DNA from: Alphaproteobacteria bacterium
GTDB lineage: Bacteria > Pseudomonadota > Alphaproteobacteria > GCA-2731375
Direction: 5' to 3'
NCBI GenBank assembly: GCA_965238305.1
Contig: CBDEHK010000001.1
Location: forward strand, 893,717 to 957,716
Length of the DNA: 64,000 nt
Part shown: positions 1-9,796 of the stretch, piece by piece
Position numbering within the stretch: position 1 is the stretch's first letter
Layout of the letters: every line of letters starts with the position of its first letter
Notes under the pieces: model-generated
Told to the model about the DNA's origin: nothing
The model's database searches: none
Seen by the model: the letters and a program-made list of their open reading frames with translations, nothing else
Position numbers and translations under genes: made by a program

Positions 1-1804
1 CGCCAACAGCAGATTGATCATCGCCAGCGCCGACTTCATCGATATGGTGAACGAGGAATACTTGCACATATTTGCCGTGACTATTGTATGTGCCTTTGCC
101 CTGGACGCTTTGCGATTCGCATTCCAGCACCGCCATTAAGACGACCCGCCGCAATGCTGCTGCGATGGGATCGGCGATCTCTGACCGGTTGGGTGTCGGA
201 CGACCATCGTATTCTGGCATTTCTTCAACACCGGCGGGTTCCGCGCACACAGCGCCAGTAAACGACATGTTGTCACTGCCATCTCTCCGCCCCGCCGCAA
301 GATCGGCCTCACAAGGCAACATTTGGCCATTTGGGTTTGTGTATGCGTCCCATGCAGATCCACCGGTTGGTAGATTGGGTAAAGGGCCGCCGTTCGATTC
401 TGTTTCCTCAATAGTATCTGTGTCGGGGTCGTACAGGCCAGTGGTCGGAAAGACTGTAACCTGACCAGACGCCAGGAAGGTTAGCCCAAGTTCGTAAAGG
501 TAGGTCTGATAACGGGTCGCACCCGCACCTGAATAGCCCAATAAACCGCCATATGCTTCCAACACATCCGGTACGTGGTTGAAATTAAGGTCAGGATCAT
601 TTTGATCCGCATCGACAAGCAAGACGGGGTCGTTATCCGCCGCATCGTTATCCGGGTTTGCAACACCGGTATCTGGATCAAGTCGATTTAGGATATGCCA
701 ATTTGGATGCTTGGCAAGCCAATAATCAACAACATCGCCAGCCGTGCTCCAGGAAGCGTTCGTCAGCATTTGACGTTCTGCGGTGACTTCATCGATATCT
801 GTGTCATCGGTATAGTTGATGATATTTGAAGCCGTATACCAGTCTGGATGATTACCGGTTAGCGGTTCAACGTCAAATCGGGTATTCACAGCATCGCGAA
901 CTTGGTTAACACTGTTCCCTGGCGCTGTTTCCACGTCTGTGTTCGTGCATTGGTCACCTGAATTTGACATGATAAAATTTGCCAAGGCCGAAGCACCACA
1001 ACCAAATCCTGAATCTTCGGGCGGACAAATCAAACCAAACTGCCCGGGCGCGCCGGCGGCACCGCCGGAAGCATTTTTGACGACCATTTCTCGACCGGCG
1101 TTTTCCCAATCAAAAATGTTATATTCGGTACCATCCGTCCACAATGTCGGGTCTTCATTCGGATCACAGACCATGAACAAAGCGGGCTCACAGACAAAAC
1201 CTGCCGAAGTAGCCGTCGCGCGGGCATTAACACTCACCAGTTCACGCGCCGTCGCGTTGGATATCAAAGCCAGTACCGGCTGTAAAATCAAGGTGACCGG
1301 TTCGCGCTGTAAAATTACTTCAACATATAGTGTGGTCGCATCTTCCGTCGGATCGTCAAGATCATCCATCAAGTTAGCGTCAATTTTGTTTTCAATCGAG
1401 GTCCAAAACCGCACCCCGCCGTTCATACCGTTGCCAAGTTTCACGAAAAAGTACTTATCACCGTCGGATTCATCGATGTCGGTCGTGCTTGCATCATCGG
1501 AAAGCGAAATCCGGTCCGTGGTCAAATTGGAATAATCTTCTATTGCCTCCCGCGCCACCGCATCTGCTTTAACACGCGCACTGGCCAAGCCGTTCAATTT
1601 TAGCGCCGCTGAAAGCGCCGCAGAATCAACCGCGTTTTGCATTTCATTGCGCACGGCTTCAAGTTTACCCAGATCGACGGCCAAGACCCCGCCGCCTAAG
1701 GCTAGCGCGGTTACCAAACTGGCATAAATCGCGACCGAGCCGCGTTTTTCGTCGCTGAACCGCTTGAAGGGTTTCAAAAGCTGTTTAAAGGTTTGCCGCC
1801 ACAT
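1..1804 (-). CDS. TadG-like / Tad-domain Flp pilus-associated protein (runs off window start)
   Basis: Not in the ORF track because there is no stop in the window. Manual translation from ATG 1804 (GAGG upstream): MWRQTFKQLLKPFKRFSDEKRGSVAIYASLVTALALGGGVLAVDLGKLEAVRNEMQNAVDSAALSAA, the typical TadG N-terminus. The frame at the window start matches. Confidence 0.8.
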   Translation of the reverse strand, partial: MWRQTFKQLLKPFKRFSDEKRGSVAIYASLVTALALGGGVLAVDLGKLEAVRNEMQNAVDSAALSAALKLNGLASARVKADAVAREAIEDYSNLTTDRISLSDDASTTDIDESDGDKYFFVKLGNGMNGGVRFWTSIENKIDANLMDDLDDPTEDATTLYVEVILQREPVTLILQPVLALISNATARELVSVNARATATSAGFVCEPALFMVCDPNEDPTLWTDGTEYNIFDWENAGREMVVKNASGGAAGAPGQFGLICPPEDSGFGCGASALANFIMSNSGDQCTNTDVETAPGNSVNQVRDAVNTRFDVEPLTGNHPDWYTASNIINYTDDTDIDEVTAERQMLTNASWSTAGDVVDYWLAKHPNWHILNRLDPDTGVANPDNDAADNDPVLLVDADQNDPDLNFNHVPDVLEAYGGLLGYSGAGATRYQTYLYELGLTFLASGQVTVFPTTGLYDPDTDTIEETESNGGPLPNLPTGGSAWDAYTNPNGQMLPCEADLAAGRRDGSDNMSFTGAVCAEPAGVEEMPEYDGRPTPNRSEIADPIAAALRRVVLMAVLECESQSVQGKGTYNSHGKYVQVFLVHHIDEVGAGDDQSAVG

Positions 1805-2371
1805 TGCCGTTACCTCTGTTTTTCCAAGTGCGTTTTTCCAACTGCCTGCTGCACAAATGTTTACTACATTTATCAGCTCATCGTCTCATATCGGGTCGCA
1901 ACCCGTATCTCGCGTTCTATAATGGCGCGGTTGCGCCGGGAAATCAAAATCACAAACTGGCGATCCTGGCTGGATTTCCGCCATATATGCATAAATGGCA
2001 CATATATCAGAAGACCGACTAAGCTTACGCAACTTACACGCCAATTAACCGACGGCGCCACACATACTAATCTTTCAAGTCAAGATATATCACATTGCCT
2101 ACAAAATATCTACTATTGAAGTAAAAAAATAACTAATATCAGTTCGATATAAACGTTAGTACACCAACAGCCTGATTTTTCTCAGCAAAATGGTGTGTTT
2201 ATTTAACTATAGATCGCTGAATTCTCTAAATATAACAGTAATAGAAAGAATTTTGGTAAATATTTGGCAAAATTTTAACTATCATGAGGTTTGCATGCCG
2301 AGGCCCCTCGACGTGCCGCGGCGGACTATTTAGGATGCCTCAAATGCAACAGTTTTTAGGGAGTTAGGCGA

Positions 2372-3160
2372 ATGGATGTAACGAACTGGTCGGTCATCAT
2401 AACCGGCGGCGGCACCGGCGTCGGGGCGGCGGCGGCGCGGCAATTGGCCGCCATGGGGGCAAATCTGATCGTCAATTATTCCCGCAGTAGCGACGCGGCG
2501 GAAGCGGTGGCGGCGGAATGTCGCGACCTGGGCGTCGATGCGGTCGCGGTGCAGGGGGATGTCGCGCAGCAAGCCGATTGCGATAAACTGGCGCAAGCGG
2601 CGATGGATAAATTCGGCAAGATCGACGGCCTGCTGAGTAATGCCGGGATCACCAATTTTCGTGGCGGCGGCGATTTCAATGAGCTGACGGCGGAAGATTT
2701 CCTGGAAATTTACCGGGTCAATGTGGTCGGCTGTTTCCAGGTGACCCGCGCCGTTGCCCCGCCCATGCGCGCCCAAGGTCAGGGCAGCGTTGTCATGACC
2801 TCGTCTATAGCAGGCGTCATGGGCATCGGTTCTTCGATTGCTTATGCGGCCTCCAAGGGGGCGCTCAATACCATGGTTCTGTCTCTCGCCCGGCAATTGG
2901 CCCCGGCCATCAGGGTCAACGCCATTGCGCCTGGGTTCATCACCGGGCGCTGGTGGCAGGAGAAACTAAGTGACGAGGGCTATGACAAGATGGTCGCCAA
3001 TGTTGCCGCGACAACGCCCTTAGGGCGGGCCGGCACACCGGAAGACATGGCGGAAACCGCGATCTTCCTACTCAGCGGCAGCGCCAACGTCACCGGTCAG
3101 GTGGTGATCAGCGACGCCGGCATGCATCTGGGCCAAGCAACCCCAATCCCGAAGGAATGA
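2372..3160 (+). CDS. SDR family NAD(P)-dependent oxidoreductase
   Basis: TGGGTGVG, SNAG, YAASK and RVNAIAPG motifs. Confidence 0.92.
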   Translation: MDVTNWSVIITGGGTGVGAAAARQLAAMGANLIVNYSRSSDAAEAVAAECRDLGVDAVAVQGDVAQQADCDKLAQAAMDKFGKIDGLLSNAGITNFRGGGDFNELTAEDFLEIYRVNVVGCFQVTRAVAPPMRAQGQGSVVMTSSIAGVMGIGSSIAYAASKGALNTMVLSLARQLAPAIRVNAIAPGFITGRWWQEKLSDEGYDKMVANVAATTPLGRAGTPEDMAETAIFLLSGSANVTGQVVISDAGMHLGQATPIPKE

Positions 3161-3172
3161 AAATATGTTGCG

Positions 3173-3255
3173 GCCTAGTCGGCCCACTCCCCTGCCCAAC
3201 CACCCAGTAATGGTACCCTGTGGGAGGTTGGGCAGGGGGAGTGGGTCGGCTAGGC
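3173..3255. repeat. Long imperfect inverted repeat between convergent genes
   Basis: GCCTAGTCGGCCCACTCCCCTGCCCAACC...GGTTGGGCAGGGGGAGTGGGTCGGCTAGGC. Confidence 0.8.
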
Positions 3256-3272
3256 AATTAGACAATTAACCC

Positions 3273-4496
3273 CTAATCAATAATCGACGAATGGATCAGG
3301 CTGCGCATTTCCGGGCGCAGCGGATAGGTCGAACTGGGCATCAACTGAGTTAGGAAGATCACCGACAGGTCTTCTTCCGGGTTATTCCACCAAACCGTCG
3401 AGGCCATGCCGCCCCAACCATATTCGCCGGGCATGGTATGGTAGGACGCCGTCGCCGGGTCCAGCACGACATGCACGCCGAGGCCGAAACCGACGCCTTC
3501 ATAGGAAACTTCAGAAAATACCGATTGCCCCATCGCCGCCATGTCGCAATTGTTCGGCAGGTGGTTGGTGGACATGAAGTCGACGGTGCGCGGGCTGAGC
3601 AGGCGCTCGCCTTCCAGCTCGCCACCGTTGCTCATCATCTGGGCGAATTTGGCATAGTCACCAATCGTCGACATCAGCCCGCCGCCGCCGGAGAGGATTT
3701 GCGTCGGCCGCGCGAAGCGGCTTTTGCCCGGCGCATCTTGCAACTTCATGCCGCCCTCTTTGGTGGGCAGGTAACAGGCGGCGAAACGATCGACTTTGTC
3801 TTGTGACACGGCAAAGCAAGTGTCAGTCATACCCAAGGGCTCAAAAATCCGCTCTGCCATGAATTGATCCAGGCTTTGGCCGCTGATCACTTCGACCAGA
3901 TGACCCAGGACATCGCTCGCCATGCTGTAATTCCAGGTCGCGCCCGGTTGCGCGATCAGGGGCATCTGGCCCAAGCGGCGACAGAACTCATCCAGGCCAT
4001 AGTCGGCGTTGCCGGTCTTGATCTTGGATTTGTTATACATCTTGTCGACCACGCCGCCGGCTTCGAAACCATAGGTCAGGCCGGCGGTATGGGTCATGAT
4101 TTCGCGGATGGTGTAATCCCGCTCCGCCGCCACGGTTTGCGGATTGTCTACATCACCGCCGATGAAAACGGTCGGGTTGGCGAGCGCCGGGATATATTTA
4201 CTGACCGGATCGCCCAGCTGAAACTTAGCTTCCTCATATAACATCATCGCGGCGACAGAGGTAATCGGTTTGCTCATGGAATAGGCCCGGACAATGGTAT
4301 CTTCACCGATATCCTTACCCGCTTCGACATCCATCTTGCCATACATATGCAGAAAGGCTGGTTGGCCATAGCGGCACACCAGCAGTGTGACGAAAGGCAA
4401 TTTTCCAACGTCGACATAACCATTGAGATGTTTGGCGACGCGGTCTAAACGGTTGGCGGAAAGTCCGACTTCTGCCGGATCGACAATATTGAGCAT
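3273..4496 (-). CDS. Serine hydrolase, beta-lactamase family (esterase-like)
   Basis: SMSK (SxxK), QPGATWNYS, GGGGLMST, YGWGG. Confidence 0.92.
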   Translation of the reverse strand: MLNIVDPAEVGLSANRLDRVAKHLNGYVDVGKLPFVTLLVCRYGQPAFLHMYGKMDVEAGKDIGEDTIVRAYSMSKPITSVAAMMLYEEAKFQLGDPVSKYIPALANPTVFIGGDVDNPQTVAAERDYTIREIMTHTAGLTYGFEAGGVVDKMYNKSKIKTGNADYGLDEFCRRLGQMPLIAQPGATWNYSMASDVLGHLVEVISGQSLDQFMAERIFEPLGMTDTCFAVSQDKVDRFAACYLPTKEGGMKLQDAPGKSRFARPTQILSGGGGLMSTIGDYAKFAQMMSNGGELEGERLLSPRTVDFMSTNHLPNNCDMAAMGQSVFSEVSYEGVGFGLGVHVVLDPATASYHTMPGEYGWGGMASTVWWNNPEEDLSVIFLTQLMPSSTYPLRPEMRSLIHSSIID

Positions 4497-4501
4497 GAAT
4501 T

Positions 4502-5455
4502 CTAATTCCGATATTTACTAAGCGAGCCTGAATGCATGATGCGACCGTTCAGGGTGCGGCCAATGATCTCTTCCGCTAATAAAGCGGCATCGATCAGGGC
4601 GTCAAGGTCAATGCCGGTTTCGATGCCCATTTCGTGGCACAGAAAGACCATATCTTCGGTACAGATATTGCCGGCGGCTTTCTGCGCCCCATGGCCGGCA
4701 AACGGACAACCGCCCAGACCGGCGACGGAACTGTCGAATAAATCGACCCCCATTTCCAATGCGGCGACCACGTTTGCCGCCCCGGCGCCACGGGTGTCGT
4801 GCAGATGCAGACCGATGCGTGCTTCCGGCATGATCTCTTTCACAGCGCCGATGCGACGTTTCATTTCCAACGGCGTCGCCCACCCGACGGTATCGGCGAG
4901 ATAGATATTCGGTAGCGGTTCGGCTTTTTCGGCAAACAAATCCCGTAGCCACAGCGCCCAATCGGTAATCCGTTGAAGCGGTACATCGCCGGTGAAGTTG
5001 CAGCCGAAAGCGACCATCAAATAGGCGTTCGACGGTTTGACGTCATTTTGTCGGTAGAGATCCAGCCACTCGACCTGCCGGTCCCGCATTTCGGCGGCGC
5101 TGCAGCCATTGTTATGCTGGCTGAATTCGTCCGTGGCATAGAATAACAATTGCCCTTTCAGGTCGACTTCCGGCACTTCCAAGGCGTTGAAAAAACCTTT
5201 TTTGTTCAGCCACAAAGCCGTGTACTCAATGCCTGCCTTCTTTTCGATCAAGGAAAACAGCGCTGCCGTATCGGCCATCGTCGGGACCCATTTCGGGCTG
5301 ACGAAAGATCCGACCTGCACTTGTTTCAGGCCGGATGCGGCCAAAGCTTCGATCAGTTTGGCGCGTCGTTCGATGGGATATATTTGTTGTTCGATCTGAA
5401 AACCTTCGCGCGGTCCTTCTTCATGAAATTCAACAAATTTCGGTAGATCGCTCAT
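4502..5455 (-). CDS. Hydroxymethylglutaryl-CoA lyase family
   Basis: EEGPREGFQ, SFVSPKWVP, HLHDTRG, GLGGCPFA. Confidence 0.9.
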   Translation of the reverse strand: MSDLPKFVEFHEEGPREGFQIEQQIYPIERRAKLIEALAASGLKQVQVGSFVSPKWVPTMADTAALFSLIEKKAGIEYTALWLNKKGFFNALEVPEVDLKGQLLFYATDEFSQHNNGCSAAEMRDRQVEWLDLYRQNDVKPSNAYLMVAFGCNFTGDVPLQRITDWALWLRDLFAEKAEPLPNIYLADTVGWATPLEMKRRIGAVKEIMPEARIGLHLHDTRGAGAANVVAALEMGVDLFDSSVAGLGGCPFAGHGAQKAAGNICTEDMVFLCHEMGIETGIDLDALIDAALLAEEIIGRTLNGRIMHSGSLSKYRN

Positions 5456-5464
5456 GACATGGTC

Positions 5465-7435
5465 CTATCCGGCTAAATCCAATTCGACGATAATGGCGCC
5501 GCGTTCGACATTGCCGGCGACCTGGCAATAAATGTTGGTGATGGTTCCAGCGGCCGGTGCGGAAACACGAATTTCCATTTTCATGCTTTCCAAAATCACC
5601 AGGACGTCGCCCTTGTCAACCTGATCGCCAATCACGTTGTTGATCGCAAGTACCTGCCCCATCAAAGGCGCGGCAACCGCGCCATCGACCTCGGCGGCGC
5701 CGGCCAATCTGTCGGTTTCCAGGTAAGGACGGGTATTGATTTTGATTTCGCTATCCCCGGTTTTGAGGGTGATCCAATCGTCGCCCTGCCAGAAGCTGAC
5801 CGTGATGGTTTCATTCATGTTGCGAGCCAGGAATTCACTATTGCCAAGCCTTTCGACGCCGATCCGATACCGTTCTTCGCCAATCCCGACAAGAATGGCG
5901 CCGCTGGCGTCTTGCGGTCCGAAATAAATGTCATGAACTTCGCCCTCAACCAGCATTTGCAGATTTGGCGCCAGCGACAATCCATCGCTGCCATCGCCCA
6001 AGCGCCAACCGAGCTGCCAGCCCAGTCCGCATGTTTCGGATAACCAAATCGCCGCCGCGATCGCCAGTAAATTGAGCGCCGGTTTCTGATCGGCCAATAA
6101 ACTATCGAGTTCACGGTCAATGAAGCCGGTATCGCCGGCACTTTGCCTGATCACGGGATGTGACAATAACGCGGTCAAAAAACCGCTATTGTCGGCAACC
6201 CCGGCAAGCGAAACCTGCGCCAGTCCATTTAACATTTGAGCCATGGCGGTGGCGCGGTCTGCCCCATGGCTGATCAGTTTTGCCACCATCGGATCGTAGT
6301 AAGGAGTAATCGCCATGCCGGCGGCGATCCCTGTGTCGACGCGCAATCCTTTATTAGGTAACGAAAGATGTTCAATCATACCGGCTGACGGCAGGAATTT
6401 CTGCCCCGGGTCTTCGGCATAGAGACGCGCCTCGATGGCGTGTCCGCTGGCGTCGACGTTGGTCTGGCTAAGCGGTATTTTTTCACCAGCGACGACGCGC
6501 AATTGCAATTCGATCAGGTCCAGACCGGTAATCATCTCCGTCACCGGATGCTCGACTTGCAGGCGCGGATTGACTTCCAGGAAATAGGCCCGTTCATCCT
6601 TGACGATGAATTCGACCGTCCCGAGGCCAAGATAATCGACCGATTGGCAGAGCTTGACGGCGCTCGATAAAATTTCCTGCCGCAACACCGGATCAAGGTC
6701 GATTGCTGGGGCCTCTTCGACCACTTTCTGATGGCGGCGTTGTAGGGAGCATTCCCGCTCCAGAAGGTGAATGACCTCACCTTTGCCGTCACCCAATATT
6801 TGCACTTCAATATGGCGAGCTTCCGGCAGAAATTGTTCGACCAACAGGCGTGGATCGCCGAAGCTGCTGGTGGCTTCCCGCATCGCCGCTTCGATTTCCG
6901 TTTTCGCCGCCGGCAAATCTTCGATCACCCGCATGCCCTTCCCGCCACCGCCGCCCGCGGCCTTTAGCAACACTGGCATTTGCATGTCTTCGATCTGCGA
7001 CAGGATGACAGCCGGTTCGCTGCTGGCTTCGTCGCTGCCCGGCACCACCGGCACACCGGCGGCGGTCGCGGCCCATTTGGCCGCTGCCTTGTCACCGAAC
7101 TTGGTCAAGACATCCGCGCTTGGACCGATGAAGACAATATCCGCCGCCGTCGCGGCGCGGGCCAAGTCCGGACTTTCCGATAGGAACCCGTATCCTGGAT
7201 GAATAGCATCGGCGCCGACCTGCCTGGCCGCCTCGATTATCACCTCGATATTCAGATAACTGGCGCTCGCCGGGGCCGGCCCAATAAAGACCGATTGCCC
7301 GATCTGCCGCACATGCAAGGCATCTTGGTCGGCGTCTGAATGCACCGTGGCGCAGGCAATGCCGAGACGGCGGCAGGTCCGCGCGATGCGGCAGGCGATT
7401 TCGCCGCGATTGGCGATGAGGATTTTTTTGAACAT
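5465..7435 (-). CDS. Acyl-CoA (methylcrotonyl-CoA-type) carboxylase alpha subunit with biotinyl domain
   Basis: KILIANRGEIA, GGGGKGM, ERECSLQRRHQK, C-terminal ESMKM. Confidence 0.93.
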   Translation of the reverse strand: MFKKILIANRGEIACRIARTCRRLGIACATVHSDADQDALHVRQIGQSVFIGPAPASASYLNIEVIIEAARQVGADAIHPGYGFLSESPDLARAATAADIVFIGPSADVLTKFGDKAAAKWAATAAGVPVVPGSDEASSEPAVILSQIEDMQMPVLLKAAGGGGGKGMRVIEDLPAAKTEIEAAMREATSSFGDPRLLVEQFLPEARHIEVQILGDGKGEVIHLLERECSLQRRHQKVVEEAPAIDLDPVLRQEILSSAVKLCQSVDYLGLGTVEFIVKDERAYFLEVNPRLQVEHPVTEMITGLDLIELQLRVVAGEKIPLSQTNVDASGHAIEARLYAEDPGQKFLPSAGMIEHLSLPNKGLRVDTGIAAGMAITPYYDPMVAKLISHGADRATAMAQMLNGLAQVSLAGVADNSGFLTALLSHPVIRQSAGDTGFIDRELDSLLADQKPALNLLAIAAAIWLSETCGLGWQLGWRLGDGSDGLSLAPNLQMLVEGEVHDIYFGPQDASGAILVGIGEERYRIGVERLGNSEFLARNMNETITVSFWQGDDWITLKTGDSEIKINTRPYLETDRLAGAAEVDGAVAAPLMGQVLAINNVIGDQVDKGDVLVILESMKMEIRVSAPAAGTITNIYCQVAGNVERGAIIVELDLAG

Positions 7436-7465
7436 TATTTCTGCGCCCGCCTTACATCCGCCCGC

Positions 7466-9058
7466 CTACATCCGAAAGACGCCGAACTTGGTTTCCTCGA
7501 CCGGCGTTCGCGAGGCCACGTCCAACAACAAGCTTAATGCGTTGCGGGTTTCCAGCGGATCGATGACGCCGTCGACCCAAAGATTGCTGGCAAAATTATA
7601 GGATTCGCCGAAAGCTTCATATTCAGCCCGGATCGGGGCTTTGAATTGTTCCTCGTCTTCGGCGCTCCAGTCTTCGCCCTTGGCTTCGAAATTCTGGCGT
7701 TTGACCATGGCCAGGGTATTGGCGGCCTGATCCGGGCCCATGATAGCGATGCGGCTATGGGGCCACATGAAAAGCGCACGGGGGCGAAACTGCCGGCTGC
7801 ACATGGCTAGATAACCGGCACCATAGGCGCCACCGATGACGATGGTGTATTTCGGCACGGCGGCGGAACTCATCGCCGTCACGAACTTGGCGCCGGCTTT
7901 GGCGATGCCGCCGACTTCCGCTTCCCGTCCGACCATAAATCCGGCAACGTCGGACAAAAACAGCAACGGGATATCACGTTTGCAGCAAAGATCGATGAAT
8001 TGCGTGCCTTTCAGGGCGGCTTCAGTGAAGAAGACCCCTTGATTGGCCAGGATACCGATCTGGTAGCCGTTGATGCGGGCGAAACCACAGACCAGGGTAT
8101 CGCCATAAAGCGGTTTGAATTCCTGCAACCGGCTGTCGTCGACCAGACGCCGGACGATTTCCCGATTGTCTGTCGGAATGCGGGCATCACGACTGATCAG
8201 ACCATAGATTTCGCTTGGATCAAGTTTTGGCGGCAATGGTGTCTTCGGCGTCCATCGGCGCGGCGCTTGTTCGCCCAGCTCGCCGACAATGTCCCGGGCG
8301 ATCGCCAGGGCGTGGGCGTCGTCTTCAGCGATATAATCGGTGACACCGCTGACCGCGGAATGTAACTGCGCCCCGCCCAAGCTTTCGCGATCCACTTCTT
8401 CTCCGGTGGCGGCCTTTGTCAATTCCGGCCCGCCCAGATACATAAAGCCTTTACCGCGTACGATCACCACTTCATCGCTGAGCGCGGGGATATAAGCACC
8501 GCCTGCGGTGCAAGGACCCATCACCACGGCAATCTGCGCGATGCCTTCGGCGGACATGCCGACTTGGTTATAGAAGATCGAGCCGAAATGATTTTCGTCG
8601 GGGTGAATATTGGCTTGATCGGGCAGGAAAGCGCCGCCGGAATCGACCAGGGTGATGCACGGGAGTTTATTCTCCCAGGCGATCTTTTGCGCCCGCGTAT
8701 GTTTCTTGACGGTCATGCCAAAATAGGTGCCGCCTTTCACTGTCGAATCGTTCGCCAGGATCATGCAATAGCGGCCCCGCACGCGCCCGATGCCGGTGAT
8801 CATACTGCCGCCGGCGGGGACGCCATCATAAAACCCTTCGCCCGCCAATTCCGCCAACTCCAAAAATGGTGATCCAGGATCCAATAGTGCATCGACGCGG
8901 CCCCGGGGCAGCATACGACCGCGTTTGATATGACGATCGCGGCTGGCTTCAGAGCCGCCGATGCGGGCCGCCTGCCGGCGCTGGTGCAAATCGTCGATAC
9001 GGGCAAGATATGCGTTGTTGTTGAGCGCGAATTCTTCCGGTGACAATGCGTCCATCAA
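7466..9058 (-). CDS. Acyl-CoA (methylcrotonyl-CoA-type) carboxylase beta subunit
   Basis: ANDSTVKGGT, LVDSGGAFLP, CTAGGAY, C-terminal FGVFRM. Confidence 0.93.
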   Translation of the reverse strand: MMDALSPEEFALNNNAYLARIDDLHQRRQAARIGGSEASRDRHIKRGRMLPRGRVDALLDPGSPFLELAELAGEGFYDGVPAGGSMITGIGRVRGRYCMILANDSTVKGGTYFGMTVKKHTRAQKIAWENKLPCITLVDSGGAFLPDQANIHPDENHFGSIFYNQVGMSAEGIAQIAVVMGPCTAGGAYIPALSDEVVIVRGKGFMYLGGPELTKAATGEEVDRESLGGAQLHSAVSGVTDYIAEDDAHALAIARDIVGELGEQAPRRWTPKTPLPPKLDPSEIYGLISRDARIPTDNREIVRRLVDDSRLQEFKPLYGDTLVCGFARINGYQIGILANQGVFFTEAALKGTQFIDLCCKRDIPLLFLSDVAGFMVGREAEVGGIAKAGAKFVTAMSSAAVPKYTIVIGGAYGAGYLAMCSRQFRPRALFMWPHSRIAIMGPDQAANTLAMVKRQNFEAKGEDWSAEDEEQFKAPIRAEYEAFGESYNFASNLWVDGVIDPLETRNALSLLLDVASRTPVEETKFGVFRM

Positions 9059-9082
9059 TCGTCTTTCAAAAGTTTATTCGGG

Positions 9083-9688
9083 CTAAGCGGCGGCTCTGTC
9101 GGCATTGAGGCCCTTTAACGCGATCGCCGTATAGGCTTCCGCCAGTTCCTCGATCGACAGGCGGCCAGAGGCGCGGAACCAGGTGACAATTCCGGTCAGC
9201 ATCGCCAATAATGCATAGGCTGAAACATCCAAATCTTCAAAAGTCCAGCAATCCTGCGCCTTGCCGTCGGCAAGTATCTGGCGCAGGCGATCTTCATATT
9301 GGGTCCGCATGGCGACGATGGCTTTGTAGTTTTCCCGGCTCAGGCTGCGCATCTCCATATTGGAGATAAAGACTTCTTTCCGCCGTTTATTGTTGAAGCG
9401 AATATGATAATCGATAAACGCCTTCAGCTGTGTTTGCGGATCGTCGCTATCCGCCAGGGCGACGTTCAGCCCGTCGTGCAGGTCTTGCATCACCGTCCGC
9501 ATGATTTCATAAAGCAGATCCTGCTTATTGCGAATATGATTATATAACGAACCAGCTTGAATTCCGACATCTGCCGCCAATTGGCGCAGGTTCATCGCTT
9601 CATAACCGCGGTCATGAATTTGTCGAATAGCGGCCTTGCGAATGGCTTTCAGGGTCTTGGCCCCGCTGGAGCCGGCGGTACGCGCCAT
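9083..9688 (-). CDS. TetR/AcrR family regulator
   Basis: HTH LRQLAADVGIQAGSLYNH; likely start MARTAGSS at 9688 with GGGAG RBS. Confidence 0.9.
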   Translation of the reverse strand: MARTAGSSGAKTLKAIRKAAIRQIHDRGYEAMNLRQLAADVGIQAGSLYNHIRNKQDLLYEIMRTVMQDLHDGLNVALADSDDPQTQLKAFIDYHIRFNNKRRKEVFISNMEMRSLSRENYKAIVAMRTQYEDRLRQILADGKAQDCWTFEDLDVSAYALLAMLTGIVTWFRASGRLSIEELAEAYTAIALKGLNADRAAA

Positions 9689-9694
9689 GACACT

Positions 9695-9726
9695 CTCCCA
9701 TAACGAATGTTTGTTTGTTATGGGAG
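9695..9726. promoter_or_regulatory. Inverted repeat overlapping the tetR RBS (operator or RBS-occluding hairpin)
   Basis: CTCCCATAAC-N12-GTTATGGGAG, perfect 10-bp arms. Confidence 0.5.
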
Positions 9727-9796
9727 TCTTAATTGATGGGCACTCTGTGGTCAATGCGAGTACCGAATTGAGTTGTCGGAATTGGCCGTTACGTCG

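Noticed and set aside
84-1535. Plus-strand ORFs 84..464 and 939..1535, and the many antisense ORFs across the window
   Set aside because: Shadows of real genes on the opposite strand or frame in GC-rich DNA
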